This document shows, in pieces, positions 19,211 through 28,265 of a stretch of 64,000 nt of DNA. The notes under the pieces were generated by a model. The model made no database searches. It saw only the letters and a list, made by a program, of their open reading frames with translations, and was not told where the DNA came from. Positions within the stretch are counted from its first letter, which is position 1; each line of letters opens with the position of its first letter. A program made the position numbers and the translations under genes. The DNA lies in the NCBI GenBank assembly GCA_963835065.1, contig CAWIEK010000046.1, positions 64,001-128,000 of the forward strand, read 5' to 3'. This DNA is from an uncultured Chthonomonadaceae bacterium (lineage in GTDB: Bacteria; Armatimonadota; Chthonomonadetes; Chthonomonadales; Chthonomonadaceae).

Positions 19211-19702
19211 ATGAAAAACATTCACGTACAACGTATTCAGACATTGCCTGTTGAGGAAGTGACAAGACTGGTTCGGGAGAGCGAGGAACAGGGCTTTGAC
19301 TTCCTCGACAGGCTCATAGACAATTATGAGAACGGCAGCAATCGGTTCGATCAGCCGGGAGAAGGCTTGTTCGGCGTGTACGATGGGGAAGCCCTGATTG
19401 CTATTGGCGGTCTGAACTGCGACCCGTTTTTGTTCGATCCATTCGTCGGGCGGGTACGGCGCGTGTATGTCGCTTCGGCGTATCGGCGGCAGGGCGTGGG
19501 CAAAATGCTGCTTGAGGCAATTATCAGCGCGGCGCGAGGGCATTTCAAGCTGCTTACGCTGCGCGCCGACACGCCGGACGCGGCGGCTTTGTATGAGGGA
19601 TTGGGTTTCCAAACCGAGCCGCGCATCGAAAACGCCACGCACCATTTGCAGCTTACGCGAACTCCCTATTTCCCCGCGCCCGTTATTCGCTACGCTTCGT
19701 GA
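19211..19702 (+). CDS. GNAT family N-acetyltransferase
   Basis: VYVASAYRRQGVGKML and LYEGLGF motifs. Confidence 0.9.
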   Translation: MKNIHVQRIQTLPVEEVTRLVRESEEQGFDFLDRLIDNYENGSNRFDQPGEGLFGVYDGEALIAIGGLNCDPFLFDPFVGRVRRVYVASAYRRQGVGKMLLEAIISAARGHFKLLTLRADTPDAAALYEGLGFQTEPRIENATHHLQLTRTPYFPAPVIRYAS

Positions 19703-19734
19703 TTCCTTCTGCGCTTCCTGACTGCGTGAATACC

Positions 19735-20829
19735 ATGACGGCAAAAATCGGGCTTACTTTGGGCAAATACGCGCCTCTGCATCGGGGGCATCAGCTTGTC
19801 ATTGAAACCGCGCTGACGGAAATGGACGAGCTGTTCATTGTAATTTACGACTGCCCGGAAATTACGCCCGTTCCGCTTCCCGTTCGCGCCGGATGGCTGC
19901 GCCGCCTGTACCCGCAGGCGCATGTAATCGAAGCGTGGGACGGCTCCAACGAAGTCGGCGATACGCCCGAAATCAAGCGGATGCACGAAGCGTACCTGCT
20001 CAACCTGCTTGCCCCTTACGTGTTAAACCCCGATGAACCCGCTTCCGACGTTTCTGCTTCCCACTTGCCTGATGCCGCCTTGCCCAATCAACGGCGAATC
20101 ACGCACTTTTATTGCAGCGAGTTTTACGGCGAACACATCAGTCAGGCATTCAGGTGCGTGAACCGGCTGGTGGATTGTGACCGCAGCGCATTTCCGGTTT
20201 CCGGCACAACCATACGCGCCCATCCTTACGAAAACCGCGCGTATCTGCACCCGCTTGTGTACCGCGACCTGATTACGAACGTTGTCTTTGTGGGCGCTCC
20301 GTCAACCGGAAAATCCACCCTTGCCGAACGCTTGGCACTGGAACTAAACACAGTTTATATGCCGGAATACGGGCGCGAGTATTGGGAAGCGCATCAAAAT
20401 GAACGGCGATTGACGTTGGAGCAGCTAGTCGAGATTGCGGAAGGCCATTTGGAGCGCGAAGAAACCCTGCTGGCGCAGGCAAACGGTGTTTTGTTCACGG
20501 ACACCAACGCCCTGACCACGCGCCTGTTTTCCCTGTATTATCACGGCGCTGTTCATCCCCACTTGGAACAACTGGCGCAGCAGTGCGCGTCTCGCTACGA
20601 TCTGGTATTCGTCTGCGAAGATGATATACCTTATGATGATACATGGGATCGTTCGGGCGACGCCAACCGCCGCGTTTTCCAAAAGCAGATTATCGCCGAC
20701 CTGCTGACCCGCAAAATCCCCTTCTTCACGCTGCGCGGCGATCTGGAAACTCGTGTTGCACAGGTAAAAGCCGTCCTTCAACGCCATCCCAAGTACACGA
20801 GTGTTTGTCTGAACCATGATTTTTCATGA
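19735..20829 (+). CDS. NadR-like protein (HxGH nucleotidyltransferase plus AAA_28 kinase domain)
   Basis: GKYAPLHRGH, GAPSTGKST, EYGREY and FTDT motifs. Confidence 0.85.
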   Translation: MTAKIGLTLGKYAPLHRGHQLVIETALTEMDELFIVIYDCPEITPVPLPVRAGWLRRLYPQAHVIEAWDGSNEVGDTPEIKRMHEAYLLNLLAPYVLNPDEPASDVSASHLPDAALPNQRRITHFYCSEFYGEHISQAFRCVNRLVDCDRSAFPVSGTTIRAHPYENRAYLHPLVYRDLITNVVFVGAPSTGKSTLAERLALELNTVYMPEYGREYWEAHQNERRLTLEQLVEIAEGHLEREETLLAQANGVLFTDTNALTTRLFSLYYHGAVHPHLEQLAQQCASRYDLVFVCEDDIPYDDTWDRSGDANRRVFQKQIIADLLTRKIPFFTLRGDLETRVAQVKAVLQRHPKYTSVCLNHDFS

Positions 20830-20901
20830 TTAAGATGATTACCATGAGGAACGCGCCTCCTCAATCATGCCAATCATATAAATCATGAAAAATCATGGTT
20901 C
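20811..20901. repeat. Nonamer-type hairpin element (CATGATT.. / ..AATCATG) between convergent genes
   Basis: AACCATGATTTTTCATGATT ... AATCATGAAAAATCATGGTT perfect inverted arms. Confidence 0.85.
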
Positions 20902-20908
20902 AAACAGG

Positions 20909-21715
20909 CTATTTCCAATTTTCGCAGCCCCGAAATGCCATGTGCTTGCCTTCCACGTAGCGCGGGTAGGGGTTGTAATCGTTGATGCCTTCCACGGGTT
21001 CGCCGCGCAGCAGAAACGCGCTCGGCCAACGGCCTTCCGGCGTGAGTTGGCCGCGCAGCAGGATTCGCGTTGTCGTGGGAATATAGCGGATGGTCAGGCC
21101 GCAGCGACGATGGGGGGAATGGTTGGCGTTGGAGCCGTGAATGGTGTTGGGATGATGCACAGACACGCCGCCTTTGGGCAGGATGCAGTCTACGGCCTGC
21201 GATTCATCCACAAGCGCGTCGTCCATGCCGGAACCTAATACGCTTGTCACATCGGTGCGCTTCTTCATCTCCTGCAAATCCGTATGCTGCGTTCCCGGAA
21301 TCACTCTCATGCAGCCGTTTTCCGGCGTCGAGTCGTCAACCGCCAGCCACAGCGTCACCACGTCCATCGGATCGAGCGGCCAGTAACTGCCGTCCTGATG
21401 CCACAGCACAGGCTGTCCATCAAAGGGCGGCTTGCTTATGTAGTGGGACGCGAACAGGGCGATGTTCGGCCCGATGAACTGCTGCGCGATGTCAAGCAGG
21501 CGGGGATCGCTGATAAGCCGAACCCAGAACGGATCATCGGTCATCAGCGTGTGGCCGAGTTGTTCCGGGCGCAGTTCGGGATGTTTCTGCTGAAGCCAGT
21601 CTACGTGTTCGCCGGCTTCGGCAATCAAATCCGCGTCCAGAACGCGCGGAAACAGGACATAGCCCTCGCGTTCGAATTGTTCAACCGCTGCACTGCGCGT
21701 TTGCGTTGCTGTCAT
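20909..21715 (-). CDS. Phytanoyl-CoA dioxygenase family (PhyH) protein
   Basis: WHQD, LWLAVDDSTPENGCM and HGS..N motifs. Confidence 0.9.
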   Translation of the reverse strand: MTATQTRSAAVEQFEREGYVLFPRVLDADLIAEAGEHVDWLQQKHPELRPEQLGHTLMTDDPFWVRLISDPRLLDIAQQFIGPNIALFASHYISKPPFDGQPVLWHQDGSYWPLDPMDVVTLWLAVDDSTPENGCMRVIPGTQHTDLQEMKKRTDVTSVLGSGMDDALVDESQAVDCILPKGGVSVHHPNTIHGSNANHSPHRRCGLTIRYIPTTTRILLRGQLTPEGRWPSAFLLRGEPVEGINDYNPYPRYVEGKHMAFRGCENWK

Positions 21716-21769
21716 TGTCGTATTCTCCAGATAGGTGCTGCGTTGGTAACTGCCGTTTGAAAACGAATG

Positions 21770-22807
21770 TTAGCTTTGAGCGTTTAAGCGTTCGATTACA
21801 CGGTCGGCGAGTTCATCGTAGAAGATTAAATCGTGAGCGCCCATGCCGTCTACGCGCTTTGCGCCCCACTGGTTTTTGAAGCGCGAAATGCCCGCGAAGA
21901 GATGGCCGGGCTGCCCGAATGGATCGTAACCATACCAATCGTATTCGATGCAGCCGCGCGTTCGCGCCGCCTGCATTGCCGCCCAATGGAGGGCATAATT
22001 GGGCATCAGGTTGCGGTATCGCGTGGAAGAGCCGCCGTACAGGTACGTTGCCCGCCGCCCGAAGAACACCACCAGAATCGCCGCAAGCGTTTCGCCCTGC
22101 CACTTCGCCAGAAACAGGGACGCGCGGCGGGCGGGAAACAGCATCGCGCCCAAATTAAGAAAGAAGCCATAGGGTTCCGCGAAAAAGCGGCTGCGCAGAC
22201 TGGTTTCCCAGAATACGTCGTAAAACGCGCGCATGTCCGCCATGTCAACGGATTCAACCACTTTCACGCCGTGCCGCAGCGACAGGCCGAGATTATAGCG
22301 GCCCTTTGGGTGCATCCGGGAACGCAGAGCGTCGTCCGGCAGGGTCAAATCCTGCATCAAGGTATGATTGGGCGTCAGGTCAACGGGAGCGCGGTTCCAG
22401 TTGCGCAGCAGGGACGGGCGCGGCGGGGGCAGGTGTGGCTCGATGCGCAATCCCAATGCGCCATGCCGCGCCGCCAGTTCCCGCGCCTGCGCAATCAGCA
22501 GCCGTAAGCCCGAACGCGCAAGAGTTGTAGCGTCCCAGGGCAGAACCGGCCCTTCCGGGCACAGGACAAAGCCCGCGTCATGCCCATGCGGATACAGCAA
22601 CAGGCTTGCGCCACCACGTAATTGCCCATCCAAAAATAAGCCGTAACGGGGCGTCACATACCCTTCCGCCCGCTTGAACGCCGCCCACGCGCTGGACTGC
22701 ATAAAGCCGGAAGCCGTTTCCTGCCCCGCCAGCGCGTCCCATTCTCCATCCCATTCCGCTCCTAATTGGCGCAGTTCCCATGCAGCGCAAGACAAAGACG
22801 CCTCCAA
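21770..22807 (-). CDS. FemAB/FemX-like GNAT aminoacyltransferase (start uncertain)
   Basis: FMQSSAWAAFK, LRIEP, KGRYN, YLYGGS, PNYALHW and GISRFK..WG motifs. Confidence 0.8.
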   Translation of the reverse strand: MEASLSCAAWELRQLGAEWDGEWDALAGQETASGFMQSSAWAAFKRAEGYVTPRYGLFLDGQLRGGASLLLYPHGHDAGFVLCPEGPVLPWDATTLARSGLRLLIAQARELAARHGALGLRIEPHLPPPRPSLLRNWNRAPVDLTPNHTLMQDLTLPDDALRSRMHPKGRYNLGLSLRHGVKVVESVDMADMRAFYDVFWETSLRSRFFAEPYGFFLNLGAMLFPARRASLFLAKWQGETLAAILVVFFGRRATYLYGGSSTRYRNLMPNYALHWAAMQAARTRGCIEYDWYGYDPFGQPGHLFAGISRFKNQWGAKRVDGMGAHDLIFYDELADRVIERLNAQS

Positions 22808-22816
22808 GATATGTGC

Positions 22817-22948
22817 GCGACGGGCTGAACCCCTTCGCTGTATAGCCTACGGCTCAGTGTCCTTCGGACACATCTTCTTGCTTCAAGAGTATTCTGTCCG
22901 AAGGACAGTGGGCGGAACGCCATACAGCGAAGGGGTTCAGCCCGTCGC
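22817..22948. repeat. REP-like long palindromic element
   Basis: GCGACGGGCTGAACCCCTTCGCTGTAT ... ATACAGCGAAGGGGTTCAGCCCGTCGC with internal GTCCTTCGGAC / GTCCGAAGGAC. Confidence 0.85.
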
Positions 22949-22989
22949 CACAACGCGCGCCTGATGTTCCATTCGGATTTACAGCGCTG

Positions 22990-24483
22990 TCATGGCGTTA
23001 AGGATTGCAGCGCTTGCGTTACGCGGGCCAGATCGTTCGGCTTTTTATCACGTTCAGCCTGCGTTTGCGCCGTGTTCGTTTGATTTTCGTTCAGGTCGGC
23101 CTGTGTGCGACTGATGGCGTCGGAAACCGCGATTTCGTCCGTGCCATAATCCACCTGATAGGAGGGATCGTTGCCGTTGCTGGCGTACAGCTGGTTGTAC
23201 TCGGCCAAATCACTTGTCAGCGTAGATTTTTCCTGCGCCAGTTCTTTGAGATCGTTGTCCAGGCTGGCAACGTCGCCCTTAAACTCCGTTTGCAGTTTAA
23301 CCAGAACGCTTTTCAGCACGGCTTTCATTTCAGGCGGGCAGGGCGCGGCAGGTTTGCCCGGCACGAACAGTTTCTTGCCGTCTGTGGAAACCCAATTGTT
23401 GTCTGCGGCGCGAAGGGCGATCTGCCCGTTTTGCAGCAGCAGGCTGTCCACGAACAATTCCACGCCGTTCGCTTCGGGCGCGGGAGCGGGCGTCGTGGTG
23501 GTTGTCGGCGGCTTAATCTGCTGCATTGCGGCGTTCAGGCGGCGCTGAAGGTCTTCCAGATTGCGCAGTTCGGTTTTGTCATCGGCAATCACGCCCGCGA
23601 ACGCGCTTGTCCAGCCGACCCATTCCACCCAATGTCGGCGCGGTTCGATAGCGGCAGTAACCGACGCTTGCTGATCCTGCAATTGCGTGAGGATGCTGTT
23701 GAACAATTCGGGATCGGGGTACAGGTTCAGCAGGGCATCGGGGCTGTTGTTGCTCATCAGGCTGACGGTGGAGCCGGAAATCAGCAGGTAGGCGGTATCC
23801 GAAAGCGTAATCACCACGTCGCCGTTGTCCAGGACGAGCATATCATCATCGGCCACAAAGAACGCTTTATGCGCTTCCCCGCGCCCGGCATTATTGGGAG
23901 CGGAAGTATTGGGATTGTTGCCGTTGCCATAGCCACCGTCGGAGTAGCCTCCGTAAACGGTTGTATGCGAGTAGGGGATGTAGGTAAACGTCCGCGTGGG
24001 ATAAGGGACGCCTTCAATATCGGTGGGCTGTCCCGTGCCGTAACTGCGCCGAAAGCCCGTGCTGCGGATATTCGGGGCGGGCGCGCGGAAACTGCCCGCC
24101 GCCGCGCGACCGCCGCTGCCGAAACTGCCGCCATAACCGGGCTTACCCCCAAAGCTGCTTTCCGTCGCACGGCCCGTTCCACTGCTGAATCCGCTTTCAC
24201 CACGTCCGAAACTGCTGCCGTAACCCCGTGACATGCTGGCATGGCCGAAACTGCCTGTACCCTTGCCGAACGCATTGTCCGGCGCGACGGCGTTTGCCAG
24301 CGTCATCAACACCACGAGAATTACGAACAGCTTGCGCCCCCATCCGCCGATCCATTCCAAACGCGGCAATTTATCCTGCAAAAACGCCTGCAAGCGCGTC
24401 AATTCCGTTTGCAGGGCAAGCGGCAATTTTTGCGCCCGACGCAGCAAGGCGCTGACAAGCCGCTGCACGTCCAGTTTACGCAA
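22990..24483 (-). CDS. Hypothetical protein: TM segment, Gly/Ser-rich tract, coiled coils; probably the C-terminal part of the adjacent spermidine-synthase-like ORF
   Basis: 8-nt overlap; removing one base at GGAACC(G)TTGCGT joins the two frames. Confidence 0.6.
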   Translation of the reverse strand: MRKLDVQRLVSALLRRAQKLPLALQTELTRLQAFLQDKLPRLEWIGGWGRKLFVILVVLMTLANAVAPDNAFGKGTGSFGHASMSRGYGSSFGRGESGFSSGTGRATESSFGGKPGYGGSFGSGGRAAAGSFRAPAPNIRSTGFRRSYGTGQPTDIEGVPYPTRTFTYIPYSHTTVYGGYSDGGYGNGNNPNTSAPNNAGRGEAHKAFFVADDDMLVLDNGDVVITLSDTAYLLISGSTVSLMSNNSPDALLNLYPDPELFNSILTQLQDQQASVTAAIEPRRHWVEWVGWTSAFAGVIADDKTELRNLEDLQRRLNAAMQQIKPPTTTTTPAPAPEANGVELFVDSLLLQNGQIALRAADNNWVSTDGKKLFVPGKPAAPCPPEMKAVLKSVLVKLQTEFKGDVASLDNDLKELAQEKSTLTSDLAEYNQLYASNGNDPSYQVDYGTDEIAVSDAISRTQADLNENQTNTAQTQAERDKKPNDLARVTQALQSLTP

Positions 24484-25609
24484 CGGTTCCGATAACCTGC
24501 TCAGCCAGGCTTTCGATCATCACGCGGGTATGGTACGGGTGCGAAATGGGAATGGCGGCCAGCAGCGCGTTCAAGTCGTAAGGCGGTTCGGCTAACGTGG
24601 AATTTGATTCGGGAATTGGGACGGTATTTGTCGCAGACGGAAAGACGTTATCACCAATGGATATAGCTCTACTGTCACCTTGTAGAGCCACTACTTCCCC
24701 GGCTTCTTGCGCCGAACCTGACGCTTGCGCGTAAGCCGTTTGTTGCCGTTTCGACGGAGCCATACCGGGGTTTAACAGGAGCGGCAGCAGGCGCGGGGAT
24801 TGCAGGGAATGAACGCCGATGCGCCGCGCCATTCGCCGCTCCGCAATAGTGAACTGCGCGCTCGGCCACAGGGCGGCCATGTCATACTGCCGCGTTGGAA
24901 CGGGACAGGCGAGATCGGCAAGGTCATTTCGGCGCAGGCGCGGACCGGCAAGCGTAAACGCCCAGACGCCATAGCCCTGCGCCCGAAACGAGGGCAGGCA
25001 TACGCGGTACGATTGCGGGTTTAAGCCGGCAGCCCGTACAGTACGGTTGACGCACCAGAACGCTTCGGGCGTGGTTTCGGGCGACAGGGCATTGAGCGCC
25101 AGCAGGCCGTCCGAACCCAACACCTGCCGGAGCAACTGATACCATTCCACGCTGTAAACCCGCGCGTCTTCCTCGCGCCGGGGAACCGTGAAATCACACA
25201 AAATAATGTCGTAAGCGTCGGCAGTGGAACTTTCCATTTGAGCAACGCGGTTTTGCAGAAACTCCCAGGCGTCGGCGATGTGGACATGGGCGCGCGGATC
25301 GGTAAACGCCCGTTCGTTCAGATCGGCAAAGCGGGTTTTGCCCCATTCCACAACCTCGGAACTGTAATCTACCAGATCAACATGCGCGACATGCGGGAAG
25401 CGCAGGCACTCGCGCAGGGCAAGGCCATCCCCGCCGCCGCAAATCAAGACTTTCAAATCCGCGTTGGGTTTCTGTAGCGCGGCAAGGCTGAGGGCGGGCA
25501 GGGCTAGGCTTTCATGGTACAGGGCTTCGTCCAGCGTATCGAACTGCAAGTCGCCGTCAATGTAAAACGCGAACGCCTTCTCGCTGCGCTGATCCAGATG
25601 CAGGTTCAT
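24476..25609 (-). CDS. Spermidine synthase-like (polyamine aminopropyltransferase family) protein
   Basis: YIDGDLQF..DE..YHE, VLICGGGDGLALRE and YDIILCD motifs; ATG at 25609 overlaps the upstream stop. Confidence 0.8.
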   Translation of the reverse strand: MNLHLDQRSEKAFAFYIDGDLQFDTLDEALYHESLALPALSLAALQKPNADLKVLICGGGDGLALRECLRFPHVAHVDLVDYSSEVVEWGKTRFADLNERAFTDPRAHVHIADAWEFLQNRVAQMESSTADAYDIILCDFTVPRREEDARVYSVEWYQLLRQVLGSDGLLALNALSPETTPEAFWCVNRTVRAAGLNPQSYRVCLPSFRAQGYGVWAFTLAGPRLRRNDLADLACPVPTRQYDMAALWPSAQFTIAERRMARRIGVHSLQSPRLLPLLLNPGMAPSKRQQTAYAQASGSAQEAGEVVALQGDSRAISIGDNVFPSATNTVPIPESNSTLAEPPYDLNALLAAIPISHPYHTRVMIESLAEQVIGTVA

Positions 25610-26016
25610 GCCGTTCCTCCCTGACGATTGGCTTGCAGATAAAACATGATGCCTGCCAGCCCGGCCACAATGCCCCCAAGCAGGGTATAAACACACGCCA
25701 CAAGCGCGCCGATAAGCAGGGTTCCGCCGGCATTGCTGCTTGGCCCCACTCTGCCATGCGCGACCATCAGGCTGATGGCGACATATACGAACATCGGCAG
25801 GCTGCACGTCCAGAAGCCGCTTGAAAACCGCTGTCCGGGCGTATCAATGCGGCTCGTGCCATTTGCCGCCACTGCGCCCGTGAAAACCGGAACAGCGACA
25901 ACCGCAAGCAGCCACCACGCCGCATGTCCCGGCGTCAGTGACGATAGAAAACCGAGAAAAGTGTAGCCGCAAACAGCCAGCGCAAACCCCGCTTTGCGCG
26001 TATTGTTGGCTTCCAC
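25606..26016 (-). CDS. Hypothetical 4-TM membrane protein (start uncertain)
   Basis: Four hydrophobic segments; translationally coupled to the next gene. Confidence 0.6.
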   Translation of the reverse strand: MEANNTRKAGFALAVCGYTFLGFLSSLTPGHAAWWLLAVVAVPVFTGAVAANGTSRIDTPGQRFSSGFWTCSLPMFVYVAISLMVAHGRVGPSSNAGGTLLIGALVACVYTLLGGIVAGLAGIMFYLQANRQGGTA

Positions 26017-26033
26017 TTTGTGTTTATTTATGT

Positions 26034-26750
26034 TTAGCCGCCATGCCGCATGCTCCTTTGCATATCGCTGCGTTCCTGTTGTTCTTCGCGCAAGTGGAGG
26101 CGCGTGGCTTCGCATAAATCGTGAAATGTGGCGTCGTTGTAATTGCGGAATTTGGCATCGTTCAAGGCGCGGAACGTGGTTTCGCTGCGAACGCCGCAAT
26201 TTTCCTCCGGGTACGTATGAACCGTTTCGATATACAACGCCGTTCCCTCCATCTTCCAGCCTATCCGCGTAACGGGAGAGATTGCTTCAAGAGTAGAAGC
26301 CTTTGTTTCAAAAGCAGCAACGTTTGCGCCGAAAACAGGAGCGTTTGTACTGTAAGCAGGAGCGTTTGCAGCCGAAGCATGAGGAAACGTAAACGCCAGA
26401 GTATTCTCTTCGAGCATGTTGATTTTCAGCGCATCGCCTTCCGACAAAGCAAACCGCGTCAGGGCAATACGGCAGCCAAAGCCCGGAACATCAGGACAAA
26501 GCGCAGCAGGCAATGCCCCACTGCTTTGCGCCAGAACCGGAGCGTCGGTTGTCACCGGCGCACAGGTAAACAGTTCCGTAATGCAAACATCGTCTCGTTC
26601 CAGAGTGACGGCATGACTCGCGCCCAGCACATGAAACGCCACGCGCCAGCCATTCCAGCAAACTTCACGCCGCGCCAGTATGCGCAACGGCTCCAGACAC
26701 ACCCGCCCCTGAACCAGTTGGTAACATAAGTTGTTGATTCTGTGGTGCAT
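26034..26750 (-). CDS. DUF2617-like protein
   Basis: VLGASHAV...ELFTC...VTRI...ETVHTYPE...VRSET pattern. Confidence 0.65.
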   Translation of the reverse strand: MHHRINNLCYQLVQGRVCLEPLRILARREVCWNGWRVAFHVLGASHAVTLERDDVCITELFTCAPVTTDAPVLAQSSGALPAALCPDVPGFGCRIALTRFALSEGDALKINMLEENTLAFTFPHASAANAPAYSTNAPVFGANVAAFETKASTLEAISPVTRIGWKMEGTALYIETVHTYPEENCGVRSETTFRALNDAKFRNYNDATFHDLCEATRLHLREEQQERSDMQRSMRHGG

Positions 26751-26794
26751 GTTGCCTGCTTCCCTGCATACAAGTTCCTATAAGAACGTTGTTA

Positions 26795-27616
26795 TTATAT
26801 CTCTGTAGAGTCTTGAACTTCAGTATTCATTATCTTGATGTACTCAGGCTTGAAAGGTAAGTCAAGCGTCTTGCAAATTGGCTTGTAATCTTTGACATTG
26901 CCGGAGTATATCTCACTTTCGTGATGATGCGCTTCCAGAGCGATAATCGTGTCGGAAAGAGTTCGCCACTTTTTGGGTCCCAACGCATACCTATTTGCAA
27001 GGAGATCAGATAAGGCTTGTTTCAAGCGTACACAATCCGTTACTTTGTTCCATTCTTGGTCGGCTGCATCAATGGCTGCTTCCAGCATCTGCAGAAGCGG
27101 CTGTTTTGCTGCCAGGAATGTGCGCAAGCCGTCTGTCGCCTCTTTTGGCGGAAATGAAGGAAGAGGATCATAGGTTAGGCCATTGTAATGTGGGCGTATA
27201 TGCGCAGGCTGGCAAAGAGTGGTGTCTGTCAGCGTTGGAATGGTCTCCTCAAACCATAGATAGAGCGTACTGTCAATAAATATCCTTAAACGCAGAAGAG
27301 CGTCTTCTTTCGTCTCTTCGTCCTGAATAACCATAAAGAGAATATTGGTGCCAAGTTCTTTGATGCTTCCGGCCCAATGAAGCATCCAGCGTGAACGCGC
27401 ATCTTCCAAGTCTTCGGAATCCACGATGACGTTGTGCAAATCAACTGCGGCGCGAACATAAGTGTTGATGTACTCTGCGCGAACATAAGTTGATGAGATA
27501 GGATGTCGTTCTGAAAGCGTTTTGTCAATGCGCCTTCTAACCTCTTTGGGCATCGTGCGCCGCCAAATGGGAATTGTTGTTTCGACAAAAAGAGGACGCT
27601 CATCTTGTGGGGGCAT
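26795..27616 (-). CDS. Hypothetical protein (lower GC than flanks)
   Basis: 273-aa ORF with no recognised motif. Confidence 0.6.
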   Translation of the reverse strand: MPPQDERPLFVETTIPIWRRTMPKEVRRRIDKTLSERHPISSTYVRAEYINTYVRAAVDLHNVIVDSEDLEDARSRWMLHWAGSIKELGTNILFMVIQDEETKEDALLRLRIFIDSTLYLWFEETIPTLTDTTLCQPAHIRPHYNGLTYDPLPSFPPKEATDGLRTFLAAKQPLLQMLEAAIDAADQEWNKVTDCVRLKQALSDLLANRYALGPKKWRTLSDTIIALEAHHHESEIYSGNVKDYKPICKTLDLPFKPEYIKIMNTEVQDSTEI

Positions 27617-27630
27617 TAGAGCTTCTGTCT

Positions 27631-28188
27631 TTACTTTGAAACCCCATCGCTTTCAATCCTGAAGGTAGGCAGCCAACTCAGCCCTGCGTGAAAAAGAGTT
27701 TTTTCACACACATAGGCATCTGCGTTACTCGCTTGTCCTTCGATTGCCTGCTCACATGCCTTTAAGAAACCTTGCACTTCTGCGTCATCCAGAGCTTCCA
27801 CAGGGTTGTTTTTGAGTGTATCATGCAGTATCGCGGCTACGCGAGACAGCGCCTCATACCCACATCGCCCTGCATCATGCTCCAGCTTTCTCAAAGAAGT
27901 TTTCAATGGGACTGCGGCTGCCAAACGTTCGCTCAGGTCGTCCTCTGCTTGCTGGAGGCGAAGAAGATTACAGCGTATCTCCTCTCGTAATACCTCCATA
28001 GGAGGATGCTCATCAGTCAGTTCCCTGTTTTGCCTGAGCGCCGTTTCATAAGCAACTGAGTCAGCAATTTCAAATTCAGGCGGCGTGGAAGCGCCGGAAA
28101 AGTGAACGCGCAGAAAGCCTTGTGTAAGCCCTTGCTGTACAAAGGCTGCTGCCAGACTATCAAAAGTATCTTCGGTTTTGGCGGTCAT
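27631..28188 (-). CDS. Hypothetical protein (lower GC than flanks)
   Basis: 185-aa ORF with GAGG RBS. Confidence 0.6.
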   Translation of the reverse strand: MTAKTEDTFDSLAAAFVQQGLTQGFLRVHFSGASTPPEFEIADSVAYETALRQNRELTDEHPPMEVLREEIRCNLLRLQQAEDDLSERLAAAVPLKTSLRKLEHDAGRCGYEALSRVAAILHDTLKNNPVEALDDAEVQGFLKACEQAIEGQASNADAYVCEKTLFHAGLSWLPTFRIESDGVSK

Positions 28189-28265
28189 AGTAACCTCAGA
28201 ATAGCAGTTCGAAGCGCGTGTTGTGTTTACTGCGTATTCATTCAGGCAAAAGGAAAGGCTGAAAT

